From a bacterium (GTDB taxonomy: Bacteria > UBA8248 > JACPRG01 > G963555815): a stretch of 64,000 bases of DNA. Shown one piece after another: positions 1 to 9,309 of the stretch; position 1 is the stretch's first letter, and each line of letters opens with the position of its first letter. The stretch spans positions 1,408,001-1,472,000 of the forward strand of contig OZ244653.1 of assembly GCA_965218795.1 (NCBI GenBank), read 5' to 3'. The notes under the pieces are model-generated. The model had not been told where the DNA came from. It saw nothing but the letters and a program-made list of their open reading frames with translations, and did no database searches. The position numbers and the translations under genes are program-made.

Positions 1-15
1 AGCGGCTGCCGGCCA

Positions 16-534
16 TCACGCCGGCCGGCGAAGCGAATAGACCCAAAGACTCTGAGTGATGGAATGCGCCTCCCGCTCGAATCGCATCCCGATTTTTTCG
101 GCGACGCGATGGGAGGCCGTATTCTCCGGGTGAAGCAAAGAAACCATCCGCTTGAAACCGCAATGCCCGAACCCGAAATCCCGAAGGGCGGAAGCCGTCT
201 CGGTCGCGATTCCCTGCCCCCATAAAGACCGCCGGAGGACGCAACTCAGTTCGGTCTCCTGCACTCCGTCCCATTCCCATTTGGCGAAGCCGCACCGGCC
301 GATCAGGATCCCGTCTTCCTTATGGATCACACCCAGCATGCCGTGGCCCTGCCGGGTGTAGGCCTTCATCCAAAACTCGAGTTCCCGCCGGCTCCGATCG
401 AGCGACCCCTCGTCAAATCCCAGAAAGCGCGTCACTTCCGGATCCGAATAGATCGACGCGAAGGGTTCCACGTCCCCCTCCCGGAACGGGCGAAGGATCG
501 TGCGTTCGGTTTCGATTTCGCCGTGACGGGACAT
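16..534 (-). CDS. GNAT family N-acetyltransferase (RimJ/RimL type)
   Basis: ETERTILRPF N-terminus, WGQGIATE acetyl-CoA motif, NTASHRVAEKIGM; start trimmed to ATG 534. Confidence 0.85.
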   Translation of the reverse strand: MSRHGEIETERTILRPFREGDVEPFASIYSDPEVTRFLGFDEGSLDRSRRELEFWMKAYTRQGHGMLGVIHKEDGILIGRCGFAKWEWDGVQETELSCVLRRSLWGQGIATETASALRDFGFGHCGFKRMVSLLHPENTASHRVAEKIGMRFEREAHSITQSLWVYSLRRPA

Positions 535-800
535 CCCCCTCTCCGATATCGGCGCAACGGTCTTTTTTAACTGAAAGTCCGGCCCGCCCCACCCCAATCC
601 GGACTCCTGCCGTTGCAATCGATTTCATCCAACCCGACATCCTGGATGGAAACACCCTATGTTATACTTCGGTGAACGACACGTCACATCCCGTCGAAAA
701 CCATGCCGATTTTGGGTTCGTCGTTTCTTTCCCATCCCCAGGGCCATATTCTGGTCTTCGACGGCAGTACGGTCGAGGGGTGAAGAGGACAAGCCTGCCC

Positions 801-1670
801 ATGGAAATTCAGAGCGTTGCAGTGATCGGCGCGGGCATCATGGGCAACGGAATCGCCCAGGTCGCAGCTCTGGGAGGGTTCGAAACCCGCCTGATGGACG
901 CCGACGATTCCGCCCTTCATCAGGGCCTCGCCAGCATCAAACGGAACCTTGAAAAGGGCGTCGAGCGCGGCAAGGTCGAATCCGCTGGGATGGAAGCGGC
1001 GCTCGGTCGGGTGTCCTGCACGCTCAATCTGGAAAAGGCGGCGGACGGAGTCGATCTGGTCATCGAAGCCATCGTCGAGGACATGCCCGAGAAGCTCGAC
1101 CTGTTCGGCCGGCTGGACAGGATGACGCCCCCTCACGCCATCCTGGCCACCAACACCTCGGCCCTCAGCGTGACCGAAATGGCCGGCGGGACGTCCCGTC
1201 CCGAACAGGTCTTGGGCATGCACTTCTTCAACCCACCACACCTGATGAAGCTGGTCGAGATCGTCCGAGGTCTTGAGACCTCCGATGAAACGGTTCGTGT
1301 CGCGGAAGCCGTCTCGCATCAAATGGCCAAGGAGACCGTACTGGTCAATGAATCGCCCGGCTTTGTCACATCACGGGTGAACGCGCTTTTGGGCAACGAG
1401 GCGTTCCGGATGCTGCAGGAAGGGGTTGCCACTCCGGAAGACATTGACAAGGCCGTCCGCCTCGGGCTGAACTACCCGATGGGCCCGCTCGAAATGGCCG
1501 ATATGGTGGGACTGGATACGCGGCTCCAGGTCCTCGAGCATCTTTGCCGGACCCTCGGAGAACGTTTTCGCCCTACACCAATCCATCTGAAGCACGTCAG
1601 CGCCGGGCGATTGGGCCGCAAAACCGGAAAAGGGATTTACGAATACGACGAACAGGGTAAGCGGAAGTAA
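801..1670 (+). CDS. 3-hydroxyacyl/3-hydroxybutyryl-CoA dehydrogenase
   Basis: GAGIMGNGIA Rossmann motif, ATNTSALS, GMHFFNP, NYPMGP; AGAGG RBS before ATG 801. Confidence 0.93.
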   Translation: MEIQSVAVIGAGIMGNGIAQVAALGGFETRLMDADDSALHQGLASIKRNLEKGVERGKVESAGMEAALGRVSCTLNLEKAADGVDLVIEAIVEDMPEKLDLFGRLDRMTPPHAILATNTSALSVTEMAGGTSRPEQVLGMHFFNPPHLMKLVEIVRGLETSDETVRVAEAVSHQMAKETVLVNESPGFVTSRVNALLGNEAFRMLQEGVATPEDIDKAVRLGLNYPMGPLEMADMVGLDTRLQVLEHLCRTLGERFRPTPIHLKHVSAGRLGRKTGKGIYEYDEQGKRK

Positions 1671-1718
1671 TCCCTCGCCCCGCAGGGCGGTTCCCATCCC
1701 AAGGCGTCTCATTTCCAA

Positions 1719-1758
1719 CAAAAAGGGGTGAGCACGCCATTCCGCGCCCACCCCTTTC
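1719..1758. terminator. Probable bidirectional intrinsic terminator
   Basis: AAAAGGGGTG...CACCCCTTTT inverted repeat between convergent genes. Confidence 0.6.
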
Positions 1759-1776
1759 GGGAAACTCAAACCAGAA

Positions 1777-2583
1777 TCAAATGCCTTTGAATTTGGGCGT
1801 TCTCTTCTCTAGAAACGCGCTGACGCCTTCCCGGGCATCCTGGCTCTGGAACAGTTGAAGCTGAAGCTCGCGTTCGAGCGCAAGACCGTCACTGAGGGAC
1901 GTCTCGACGCCGGTCTGAATCGCCCGCTTCATATTCCCAATGGCCCGGACGGCCGTTCCGGGAAGGACAAATCTCCGGGCATAATCCATCACCCTGTCCA
2001 TGAACCCGTCGGCCTTCATCACCTCATTGACCAGACCAATCGATTCCCCCTCTTCAAAGGAAATCGTCTGCCCTTTGACCATGAGCTCCAGGGCCCGGGC
2101 TTTCCCGATGAGCCGGGGCAGCCGCTGGGTCCCGCCGGAACCTGGCAGCACGCCGAGCTTGGCTTCGGGAAGGCCGATGACCCCGCCTCCTTTCTTGGCG
2201 AGACGTATGTCGCACGCCATGGCGATCTCCAGGCCCCCGCCCACCGTGTGTCCATTCAGGGCCGCGATGAACAGCTTGGGGGTGTTTTCCATTCGCGCCA
2301 GAGTTTCGTGGATATGCAGGCAGAAATAGTACAACCGGTCGGATGAGTATTCGTACAGAAGCTTGACGTCCGCGCCCGAGCAGAAAAACTTTTCTCCCGC
2401 GCCCCGAAGCACCACGATGTGGATGGACTCGTCGAATCGCACGCGCAGGATGGCCTCGTCCAGCTGATGCATCATGTCATAGCTGAAGGTATTCGCCGGC
2501 GGATTGTTGAACTCGATAATGGCAACCCCGTCCTCTTCCTTTTGAAGCGACACCAACTCGCCCGCACCCGCTCTCGGTTCCAT
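1777..2583 (-). CDS. Enoyl-CoA hydratase/isomerase (crotonase family), paralog 2
   Basis: FCSGAD, GHTVGGGLE, GLPE..LGVLPGSGGTQRL. Confidence 0.92.
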   Translation of the reverse strand: MEPRAGAGELVSLQKEEDGVAIIEFNNPPANTFSYDMMHQLDEAILRVRFDESIHIVVLRGAGEKFFCSGADVKLLYEYSSDRLYYFCLHIHETLARMENTPKLFIAALNGHTVGGGLEIAMACDIRLAKKGGGVIGLPEAKLGVLPGSGGTQRLPRLIGKARALELMVKGQTISFEEGESIGLVNEVMKADGFMDRVMDYARRFVLPGTAVRAIGNMKRAIQTGVETSLSDGLALERELQLQLFQSQDAREGVSAFLEKRTPKFKGI

Positions 2584-2795
2584 TGCTTTTCTCCAAAATC
2601 AGTTCGCCCTTGTTCCGGCGCGCATCACAAAATCAGTCCAGCGGTCCCCTTCACGCGGAAACGCGGTCCGAGGAGCGCAGTCTGACCATTCAACCGGGGA
2701 AAATGGGGAAATGTCCGTCGATTTCGGAAGACCCGACCCCTTGTCGACGTACAATCCCTCCAGAATATCCGCCACTATTTTTTTTGAGGGCTAAC

Positions 2796-2824
2796 AACCT
2801 ATTTCACAGGCGGGAATTCGTCAA
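2796..2824 (-). promoter_or_regulatory. Putative sigma70 promoter for crotonase paralog 2
   Basis: TTGACG-N17-TAGGTT on minus strand, downstream of the terminator of paralog 1. Confidence 0.45.
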
Positions 2825-2905
2825 GCGCAATCTCGGCTACGCGAGATCCGGTTTGATGGAAAACGATAGCGCGTGAATTTCATTCGCGGAAAACAGCGTC
2901 GAGCC

Positions 2906-2936
2906 AAAAAAAGCGGGCGTCATAACCGACGCCCGC
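2906..2936 (-). terminator. Rho-independent terminator
   Basis: GCGGGCGTC-loop-GACGCCCGC followed by T7 on minus strand, just after the stop at 2971. Confidence 0.8.
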
Positions 2937-2970
2937 CCTCTGATATCCGATTGAGAGAATCTTGCGGTTT

Positions 2971-3774
2971 TCAGTCCCCGGAGAAAAGCGGCTTGCGTTT
3001 TTCCGAATAGGCCGCAATGCCTTCCTTGGCGTCGTCGCTCTGGAAAAGGAGCTGCTGAAGCTCGCGCTCGATCGCCAGCCCGTCCCCGAAAGAAGCTTCC
3101 AGGCCGGACTGAACGGACCGCTTGATGTGTCCCACCGCCTTGGCCGCTTTGTTGGGCGGAACAAACTGCTCGGCGTACTCACTGACCTTATCCATGAAAT
3201 CATCTTCATCGAGGATCAGATTGACCAGGCCGATCTCCTGCGCCTCTTCGAAATCAAAGTTCCGGCCCGTCACCATGAGCTCGATGGCTTTGGTCTTGCC
3301 GACAATCCGCGGGAGACGCTGGGTTCCCCCGGTGCCGGGGAGCACACCCAGTCCCACTTCGGGCAGGCCGATCTTTCCGCCGCCCCTCTTGGCGATTCGA
3401 ATATCCGCCGCCATCGCGACCTCCAGGCCTCCGCCGACGGTATGCCCGTTGAGCGCAGCGATGACGAGCTTCGGGGTCTGCTCGAGCCGGTTCAGGGTCT
3501 CATTGGCATGCAGGCAGAAATAGTATTTGAACTTGGGAGTCACGTTGTTGAGCATGTTGATGTTGGCGCCCGCCGAGAAGAATTTGTCTCCTTCCCCGCG
3601 GAGGACGATGACGTGGATGTCATCGTCAAAGCGCGTATCCAGAACGGCGTCGTCCAACTGACGCATCATTTCATGCGTATAGGTGTTGGCCGGAGGGTCG
3701 TTCAGCGTAATGTAGGCGACTCCGTTTTCCTTCTCGAGCTCCACCAGACTTTGGGCGACTGCTTTGTCCTGCAT
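2971..3774 (-). CDS. Enoyl-CoA hydratase/isomerase (crotonase family), paralog 1
   Basis: FSAGAN, GHTVGGGLE, GLPEVGLGVLPGTGGTQRL; GGAG RBS before ATG 3774. Confidence 0.92.
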   Translation of the reverse strand: MQDKAVAQSLVELEKENGVAYITLNDPPANTYTHEMMRQLDDAVLDTRFDDDIHVIVLRGEGDKFFSAGANINMLNNVTPKFKYYFCLHANETLNRLEQTPKLVIAALNGHTVGGGLEVAMAADIRIAKRGGGKIGLPEVGLGVLPGTGGTQRLPRIVGKTKAIELMVTGRNFDFEEAQEIGLVNLILDEDDFMDKVSEYAEQFVPPNKAAKAVGHIKRSVQSGLEASFGDGLAIERELQQLLFQSDDAKEGIAAYSEKRKPLFSGD

Positions 3775-3855
3775 TGTCCATCTCCTGGCCAAAAATCATG
3801 CTTGAGGCCCCGCAGACCCGGAAAGCATGAAAGTTACGATATACTCCGATTACTG

Positions 3856-3877
3856 AATATGACGTTTTTTACATATT
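3856..3877. promoter_or_regulatory. PadR-type operator palindrome
   Basis: AATATGA-CGTTTTTT-ACATATT (ATGW-N8-ACAT) in the divergent crotonase/ligase intergenic region. Confidence 0.65.
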
Positions 3878-4052
3878 AAACCATTTACACCTCAAAACCA
3901 AATCTTTTTTCTTTTATCAACCGGTCAGCAGTAGACAAGTAGACGAAGATCCCATGAATGTAAGACGTTGCAATTGCCTGAAGGGATGCGGTATAGGAAT
4001 TTCAGGGGAGCCGGTCCGCCAAACGGCGCATCCTCTGAATGGGAGGCACACC

Positions 4053-5621
4053 ATGCTCGACCACGAGAATGTCGCGGCATCCATCCCGGACACTTATAAC
4101 GCCTCGACCACCTTTCTCGACGAGAACCTGGCAGCGGGCCGCGGCGAGGATACCGCCATCCTCTATGAGGGACAGACCTACACGTATGCGCAAACCCTGG
4201 AGATGACGAATCGCCTGGGCAATGCCCTGCTGTCCCTGGGTCTTCAACGGGAACAGCGCGTCCTCCTGCTTCTTCTGGATTCGCCGGAGTTCGTCGCTTC
4301 CTTTTTCGGGGGGATGCGCATCGGATCTGTGCCGATTCCCACCAACACCCTTCTGAAGCCCGCTGATTACCTTTATCTGATCAATGACTCCCGCGCGCGT
4401 ATTCTGATCGCCCATGAACCGTTGGCGGAACAAATCCGGGAGATACGGTCCGACCTGAGATTTCTCGAGCGCATGATTGTGGTAGGGGAGCCCCGGGACG
4501 ATGAGATCGGGTACCACGATCTGGTGGACGGCCAATCGGCCGAACTTCAGCCCGCCGAGACCCACAAGGACGAGATCGCCTTCTGGCTCTACAGCTCGGG
4601 TTCGACGGGATTTCCGAAAGGCGCCGTCCACCTCCACCACGACATGATCTTCTGTTCTGACCTCTACGCCCGGAACGTCCTCGATATCCAGGCAGACGAC
4701 CGGACGTTTTCCGTCGCCAAGCTTTTCTTCGCCTACGGGTTGGGAAACAACCTCTACTTCCCCTTCCGCGTGGGGGGGTCCGCTGTGTTCCATCCGCATG
4801 CCCCGAAGCCGGAGGAGATGTTCCGGGTCATCGACCGGGACAAGCCGACCCTCTTCTACTGCGTGCCGACGATGTACGCGGCCATGCTTCAGATCAAGGA
4901 TGCCGAGGATCGCTACGACCTCAGTTCCCTGCGGCTTTGCGTTTCCGCCGGCGAATCGCTGCCCGCGGAGCTTTTCAATCAGTGGAAAGAGCGATTCGGC
5001 GTCGAGATCCTCGACGGGATCGGCTCAACCGAGATGCTCCACATCTATCTCACGAACTGGGCCGGAAAGGTCGTCCCCGGGAGCAGCGGCACGGCCGTGC
5101 CGGGTTACGAGGTGAAGACCGTCGACGACGACGGCCGGCCGGTGCCCGACGGGGAGATCGGCAACCTTTGGGTGAAAGGCGACAGCTCCTCACCCTTCTA
5201 CTGGAACAAGCACGAGCAGACCAAATTCGCCATGCGGGGCGAGTGGTTCGTTTCGGGCGACAAATACAGGCGGGACGAAGCGGGCGATTACTGGTACAGC
5301 GGGCGCTCGGACGACATGCTCAAGGCAGGCGGTATCTGGGTCTCACCGGTCGAGGTGGAGAACACGCTCATCGAGCACCCAGCCGTCCTCGAAGCCGGGG
5401 TTGTGGGCCGGGATGACGATGACGGCCTGGTGAAACCCAAGGCGTTCGTCGTCCTGGCGGAAGGTCATGAGGGCTCGGACGCATTGGCGGAAGATCTCAC
5501 GGATTTCGTGCGGGAGAAGATCGCCGCCTATAAGCGACCAAGATGGTACGAGTTCATCGACAGCCTTCCTAAAACGGCCACTGGGAAGATCCAGCGCTTC
5601 AAGCTGCGGGAGAGAGGTTGA
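4053..5621 (+). CDS. Benzoate-CoA ligase family protein
   Basis: FWLYSSGSTGFPKGAVHLH, AKLFFAYGLGN, ILDGIGSTEMLHI, LPKTATGKIQRF; GGAGG RBS. Confidence 0.92.
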   Translation: MLDHENVAASIPDTYNASTTFLDENLAAGRGEDTAILYEGQTYTYAQTLEMTNRLGNALLSLGLQREQRVLLLLLDSPEFVASFFGGMRIGSVPIPTNTLLKPADYLYLINDSRARILIAHEPLAEQIREIRSDLRFLERMIVVGEPRDDEIGYHDLVDGQSAELQPAETHKDEIAFWLYSSGSTGFPKGAVHLHHDMIFCSDLYARNVLDIQADDRTFSVAKLFFAYGLGNNLYFPFRVGGSAVFHPHAPKPEEMFRVIDRDKPTLFYCVPTMYAAMLQIKDAEDRYDLSSLRLCVSAGESLPAELFNQWKERFGVEILDGIGSTEMLHIYLTNWAGKVVPGSSGTAVPGYEVKTVDDDGRPVPDGEIGNLWVKGDSSSPFYWNKHEQTKFAMRGEWFVSGDKYRRDEAGDYWYSGRSDDMLKAGGIWVSPVEVENTLIEHPAVLEAGVVGRDDDDGLVKPKAFVVLAEGHEGSDALAEDLTDFVREKIAAYKRPRWYEFIDSLPKTATGKIQRFKLRERG

Positions 5622-5769
5622 TAGGCGGGATCCGGAAATCTCCGTAAGCTGGGCGCCTGGCGCGCCAAGTTTACCGGAGCGCCACCGGCGGCTTGTCGCC
5701 CATTTACGAGCACAGGTCGTTCATTAGACTTCCGATATCTTCGCGGGAGACACCGGCGGGACGGATACG

Positions 5770-5945
5770 TGTATGACCAGGCTTCTTTCCTCACAGGTTG
5801 GATAAACTTCCTGACCGTGACGATGGGTCGGCCGCCCATGTTGCGGCCGCCCTGTGAGGACGCTCGCTGTCGTAGAACTCGACGAGGCGTCTTGGCGAGG
5901 CGTCTTCAGGTACGCGCTCAGGTCCTTCTCTCGCGGCCCGTCCCG
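5770..5945 (-). mobile_element. IS481-family relic (transposase C-terminal remnant plus terminus)
   Basis: Broken frames read EKDLSAYLK / EFYDSERPH / RNMGGRPIVTVRKF, resembling the integrase-core tail; ends in ...ACA; inverted copy at 59611-59771. Confidence 0.55.
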
Positions 5946-5951
5946 TGTTTC

Positions 5952-6060
5952 CTGGATCCCCGCTGCAGCCTGTCCTCGAATGTCTTCATCGAGGGCGGGA
6001 ATGGCCGGGTTGGAGGTCATGCGGCCCATGTTCGTCATTCCCGCGGAAGCGGGAATCCAG
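5952..6060. repeat. REP/BIME-like element (GTCATTCCCGC..GCGGGAATCCAG family)
   Basis: Paired palindromes; near-identical copy at 59493-59598. Confidence 0.8.
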
Positions 6061-6350
6061 GCGGGGTGTTGAGAACCAGAAGCCGCCGGCTGATGGACGG
6101 CGCGCCGGCGTTGACGCCTGACGCCGACGGCCAACGAAGGCCTCTGGAGCAGGAAGTCCATCCGAAGCTGCCCGCAATGGCGCTCGCCGCCGCGAAACCC
6201 CCTCCGAGGCGTACCTTGTCGATTGGACGGGAATGGGGATAAAGTAAGGGAGAGTGTTGGCAGTAAAGGAAGATACGGCAACCAGGCAGAATTCACGTGA
6301 GATATTCAAAATGATTGTTCGTCCGCCACAGTCTTGTCTGCGCTTGATGA

Positions 6351-9044
6351 ATGTGGTACGGTCCAGACTCCAGACTCCAGACTCCAGACTCCAGACTCCA
6401 GACTCCAGACTCCAGACTCCAGACTCCAGACTCCAGACTCCAGACTCCAGACAAGAGGCGGGGCGTGAGTGCGCGGGGGCGGATGGGCGCCATCGTCCTG
6501 ATGCTGGCCGCCGCGTTCACTCTCTGTGTCGGAGAGGCGCGGGCCCAGACGGCCGACGTGTGCAGAGGAGGCGCGCCCACAGCCGGAGAGCGGATCGTGT
6601 GCTCGAAGAGCGACGGTTCCACCGATATCACCATCAACATCACTGACTTCGACATCACGACGGACGGCATTGGGGTCATTGGCATCTTTGGCGTTCATTC
6701 CGGCACGGGCGACATCGACATCGACGTTCGAGACGCCACCATCATTGTAGAAAACAACAATCAAGGCATCTATGGTGACATTGACCGCAGCAGCGTCGGC
6801 CGCATCAGGATCTACGCTGAAAACGTCGTCTTCATGACGAACGACCATGCTATCTGGGGCAATCATTTCGGCACGGGCGACATCGACATCGACGTTCGAG
6901 GCGGAACCATCACGACGGAAGGCAGGCTGGGCTACGGCGTCTATGGCGCGCATCAAGGCATCTCCGGCGACGTCACCATCGACGTTCAGGGCGGTAGCAT
7001 CACGACGATGGGCACCCAGTCCCACGGTGTCTCTGGCATACATCAAGGCAACGGCGACATCGGCATCTCCGTTCAAGACGCCGCCATCACGACGGAAAGC
7101 ACGGGCATCACTTTGGGTCTTGGCGCTATTGCCCACGGCGTCTTAGGCTATCACCCAGGCAGCGGAAACATCGATATCTCCGTTCAGGGCGGCTCCATCA
7201 CGACGGCGGGCGCGTATTCCTACGGCATCTATGGCGTTCATCAAGGCGACGGCGACGGCGACATCACCATTACGACGGCAGGCGATAACGCCATCACCAC
7301 GGCGGGCGACAACGCCCACGGGGTCGTGGCCTATCATTACGGTACGATGGACTCTAGGACCATCGCGGTCACGGTCGGGGGAACGATCAGCGCCGGCGGG
7401 GAGAACGCGATCGGCGTCCGGGTGGGCGCCCTCAACGCCCAGGGAGAAGTGATACGCGCCGCGGGTATGGACGCGGACGGCTACCGGAGGCAGACGGTCA
7501 CGGTGAACGGCGCGGTGATGGGCGGCACGGGCGCGGGGGCGGGGGTCTGGCTCGCCGGCGGGGGCCGGGTCGTCATCGGGCCGAAGGGGAGCGTCGGCGC
7601 GGCGTCGGGCATCGCGATTCTCGCCACGGGAGACACGCCCGTCGAAAATGGAGAGCCGCTCAAGCCCAGGCTCCATGTCTCGATGAATCTCGACGGCCGC
7701 CGGGTGGCGGCTGTCTTCGGCGACGACTGGATCGTGAACGACGGGGGCGAGACCACGATCGTGGTCAACAACGTGAAGCTCCACGACGGCGCGGCGGGCG
7801 TCACCGGCCTCACGGCCCCGAACGGGGCGCGGGACGTCTTAATCATCCAGGCCGAGGGCGTCACCGTCGACCGCTCGACGGGCGCATGGGTCGTCAGTCA
7901 GAGGGCCGCCGGAGTCATCGCCGATCGGGATTTCTCCGCGGACGACTTCACCGAAACCCCCAAACCGGAAACGCCGGAAGAGCCAACAGAAAAGCCAAAA
8001 ACACCTGTCCGCATCATCGAGGTCTACGCGCCGCGCGCGGCCGTGTACGAGGCCCTTCCGGGTCTGCTGCTCGGTCTGACGGGCGGGGGTCGGGACGGGG
8101 CGCGGCTCTCGGGCGGAAGGAGAAGGTACGGGTCCGATCAGAGGAGTGCGTACGACTTCAAGCGCCTCGCGGCGGATTACGAGTCCCTGCCGGGGGTCTT
8201 CCGGCTGGGCGGCTCCGCCGGGGAGCGGCTGCGGCTGGGCGGCTCGCCGGTCTGGGTGCGGCTCTCGGGCGGGAAGGGGAGTTACAAGTCCGGGGAGGCG
8301 AGTGTCGGCGCGGCGTACGACTTCAGGCGCCTCGCGGCGGAAGCCGGGGTGGACGTCGCGTTTCCCTGGAACAAGGACATCACCGGCACGGTCTCGGTGC
8401 GGCATGTTCAGGCTTCGGCGGAGGTTTCCTCGCCGACCGGGGGCGGGGATGTCGACGCGAAGGGCTTCGGCGCGGGGTTGGGCGTGTCCTGGGGCGGCGC
8501 GAGCGGCTATTATGTCGATGGCCGCCTCTCGGTGACCGGCTACAAGGTGGACCTCTCCTCGGACAAGCGGGGCCGGCTGAAGGGGGACGTCGGCGCGCTT
8601 GCTCATTCCCTGAGCATCGAGGCGGGTCGGCGCATCGCGCTGGGCACGAGAATGAGTCTGACGCCTCGGGCGCGGCTGGTTCGTTCGGGGATTTCCATGG
8701 ACAGGTTCACCGACGCGGTGAACTCGCGGGTCAAGCTCACCGATCCGAAGCAACTCAAGGGCGTCGTCGGTTTGGCGGCGGAGACCGGTCGCGTCCGGGA
8801 CGGCGGGTCGTTCTCCCTCCGGGGTTCGGTGGACGTGGAGCGGACGCTCCGGGGCGGGGAGACGGTCGTCGAGGTATCGGGAGAGAAGCTCAGGTCGGAG
8901 TCCGAGAGAACCCGTGTTCTGCTGGGCCTGGGCGGGGTCTGGCGCCGGGGCCGCTTCTCGCTCGGCGTCGAGGCGACGGCGGACGGCCCGGGTTCGGATG
9001 AGCGGGAATACGCCGGCCAGATCAATCTCGGAATCCGGTTCTAG
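6351..9044 (+). CDS. Autotransporter (type Va) with beta-helical repeat passenger; true start uncertain (6351, GTG 6465 or ATG 6483)
   Basis: Signal peptide ...VGEARA-Q, repeated GDIDIDV.GG.ITT.G...G.YG.H units, Pro/Glu-rich linker, amphipathic barrel ending LGIRF. Confidence 0.88.
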   Translation: MWYGPDSRLQTPDSRLQTPDSRLQTPDSRLQTPDKRRGVSARGRMGAIVLMLAAAFTLCVGEARAQTADVCRGGAPTAGERIVCSKSDGSTDITINITDFDITTDGIGVIGIFGVHSGTGDIDIDVRDATIIVENNNQGIYGDIDRSSVGRIRIYAENVVFMTNDHAIWGNHFGTGDIDIDVRGGTITTEGRLGYGVYGAHQGISGDVTIDVQGGSITTMGTQSHGVSGIHQGNGDIGISVQDAAITTESTGITLGLGAIAHGVLGYHPGSGNIDISVQGGSITTAGAYSYGIYGVHQGDGDGDITITTAGDNAITTAGDNAHGVVAYHYGTMDSRTIAVTVGGTISAGGENAIGVRVGALNAQGEVIRAAGMDADGYRRQTVTVNGAVMGGTGAGAGVWLAGGGRVVIGPKGSVGAASGIAILATGDTPVENGEPLKPRLHVSMNLDGRRVAAVFGDDWIVNDGGETTIVVNNVKLHDGAAGVTGLTAPNGARDVLIIQAEGVTVDRSTGAWVVSQRAAGVIADRDFSADDFTETPKPETPEEPTEKPKTPVRIIEVYAPRAAVYEALPGLLLGLTGGGRDGARLSGGRRRYGSDQRSAYDFKRLAADYESLPGVFRLGGSAGERLRLGGSPVWVRLSGGKGSYKSGEASVGAAYDFRRLAAEAGVDVAFPWNKDITGTVSVRHVQASAEVSSPTGGGDVDAKGFGAGLGVSWGGASGYYVDGRLSVTGYKVDLSSDKRGRLKGDVGALAHSLSIEAGRRIALGTRMSLTPRARLVRSGISMDRFTDAVNSRVKLTDPKQLKGVVGLAAETGRVRDGGSFSLRGSVDVERTLRGGETVVEVSGEKLRSESERTRVLLGLGGVWRRGRFSLGVEATADGPGSDEREYAGQINLGIRF
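6362..6452 (+). repeat. Perfect heptanucleotide tandem repeat (TCCAGAC)13
   Basis: 13 exact copies, 91 bp, at the 5' end of the autotransporter. Confidence 0.97.
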
Positions 9045-9086
9045 GGCGCAATCGAACGAATGGAACCCGACGGCTTCCCCTGTTGC

Positions 9087-9216
9087 CTGGATTCCCGCTA
9101 CAGCCTGCCCCCTGGATTCCTGTTGCAGCCTGCCCTCGAAGGTTTTAATCGGGGGCAGGAATAACGAACGGGGCCCCGTACAACAGCCTGTCATTCCCGC
9201 GCAAGCGGGAATCCAG
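9087..9216. repeat. REP/BIME-like element
   Basis: CTGGATTCC...GGAAT with nested hairpin plus GTCATTCCCGCGCAAGCGGGAATCCAG. Confidence 0.8.
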
Positions 9217-9309
9217 AAAAAAGGCCCGGCCGTCAAGCGTATCATTCCCTTTCCTTGACTCCCGATACTCTTTCAGAAATCACTGAATCAGCCGTCGGAA
9301 GGCGGGTGG

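Noticed and set aside
6362-6452. CRISPR array or PDSRLQT repeat protein (ORFs 6254-6646, 6293-6685)
   Set aside because: There are no spacers; it is a pure 7-bp tandem repeat, and the peptide repeats are by-products
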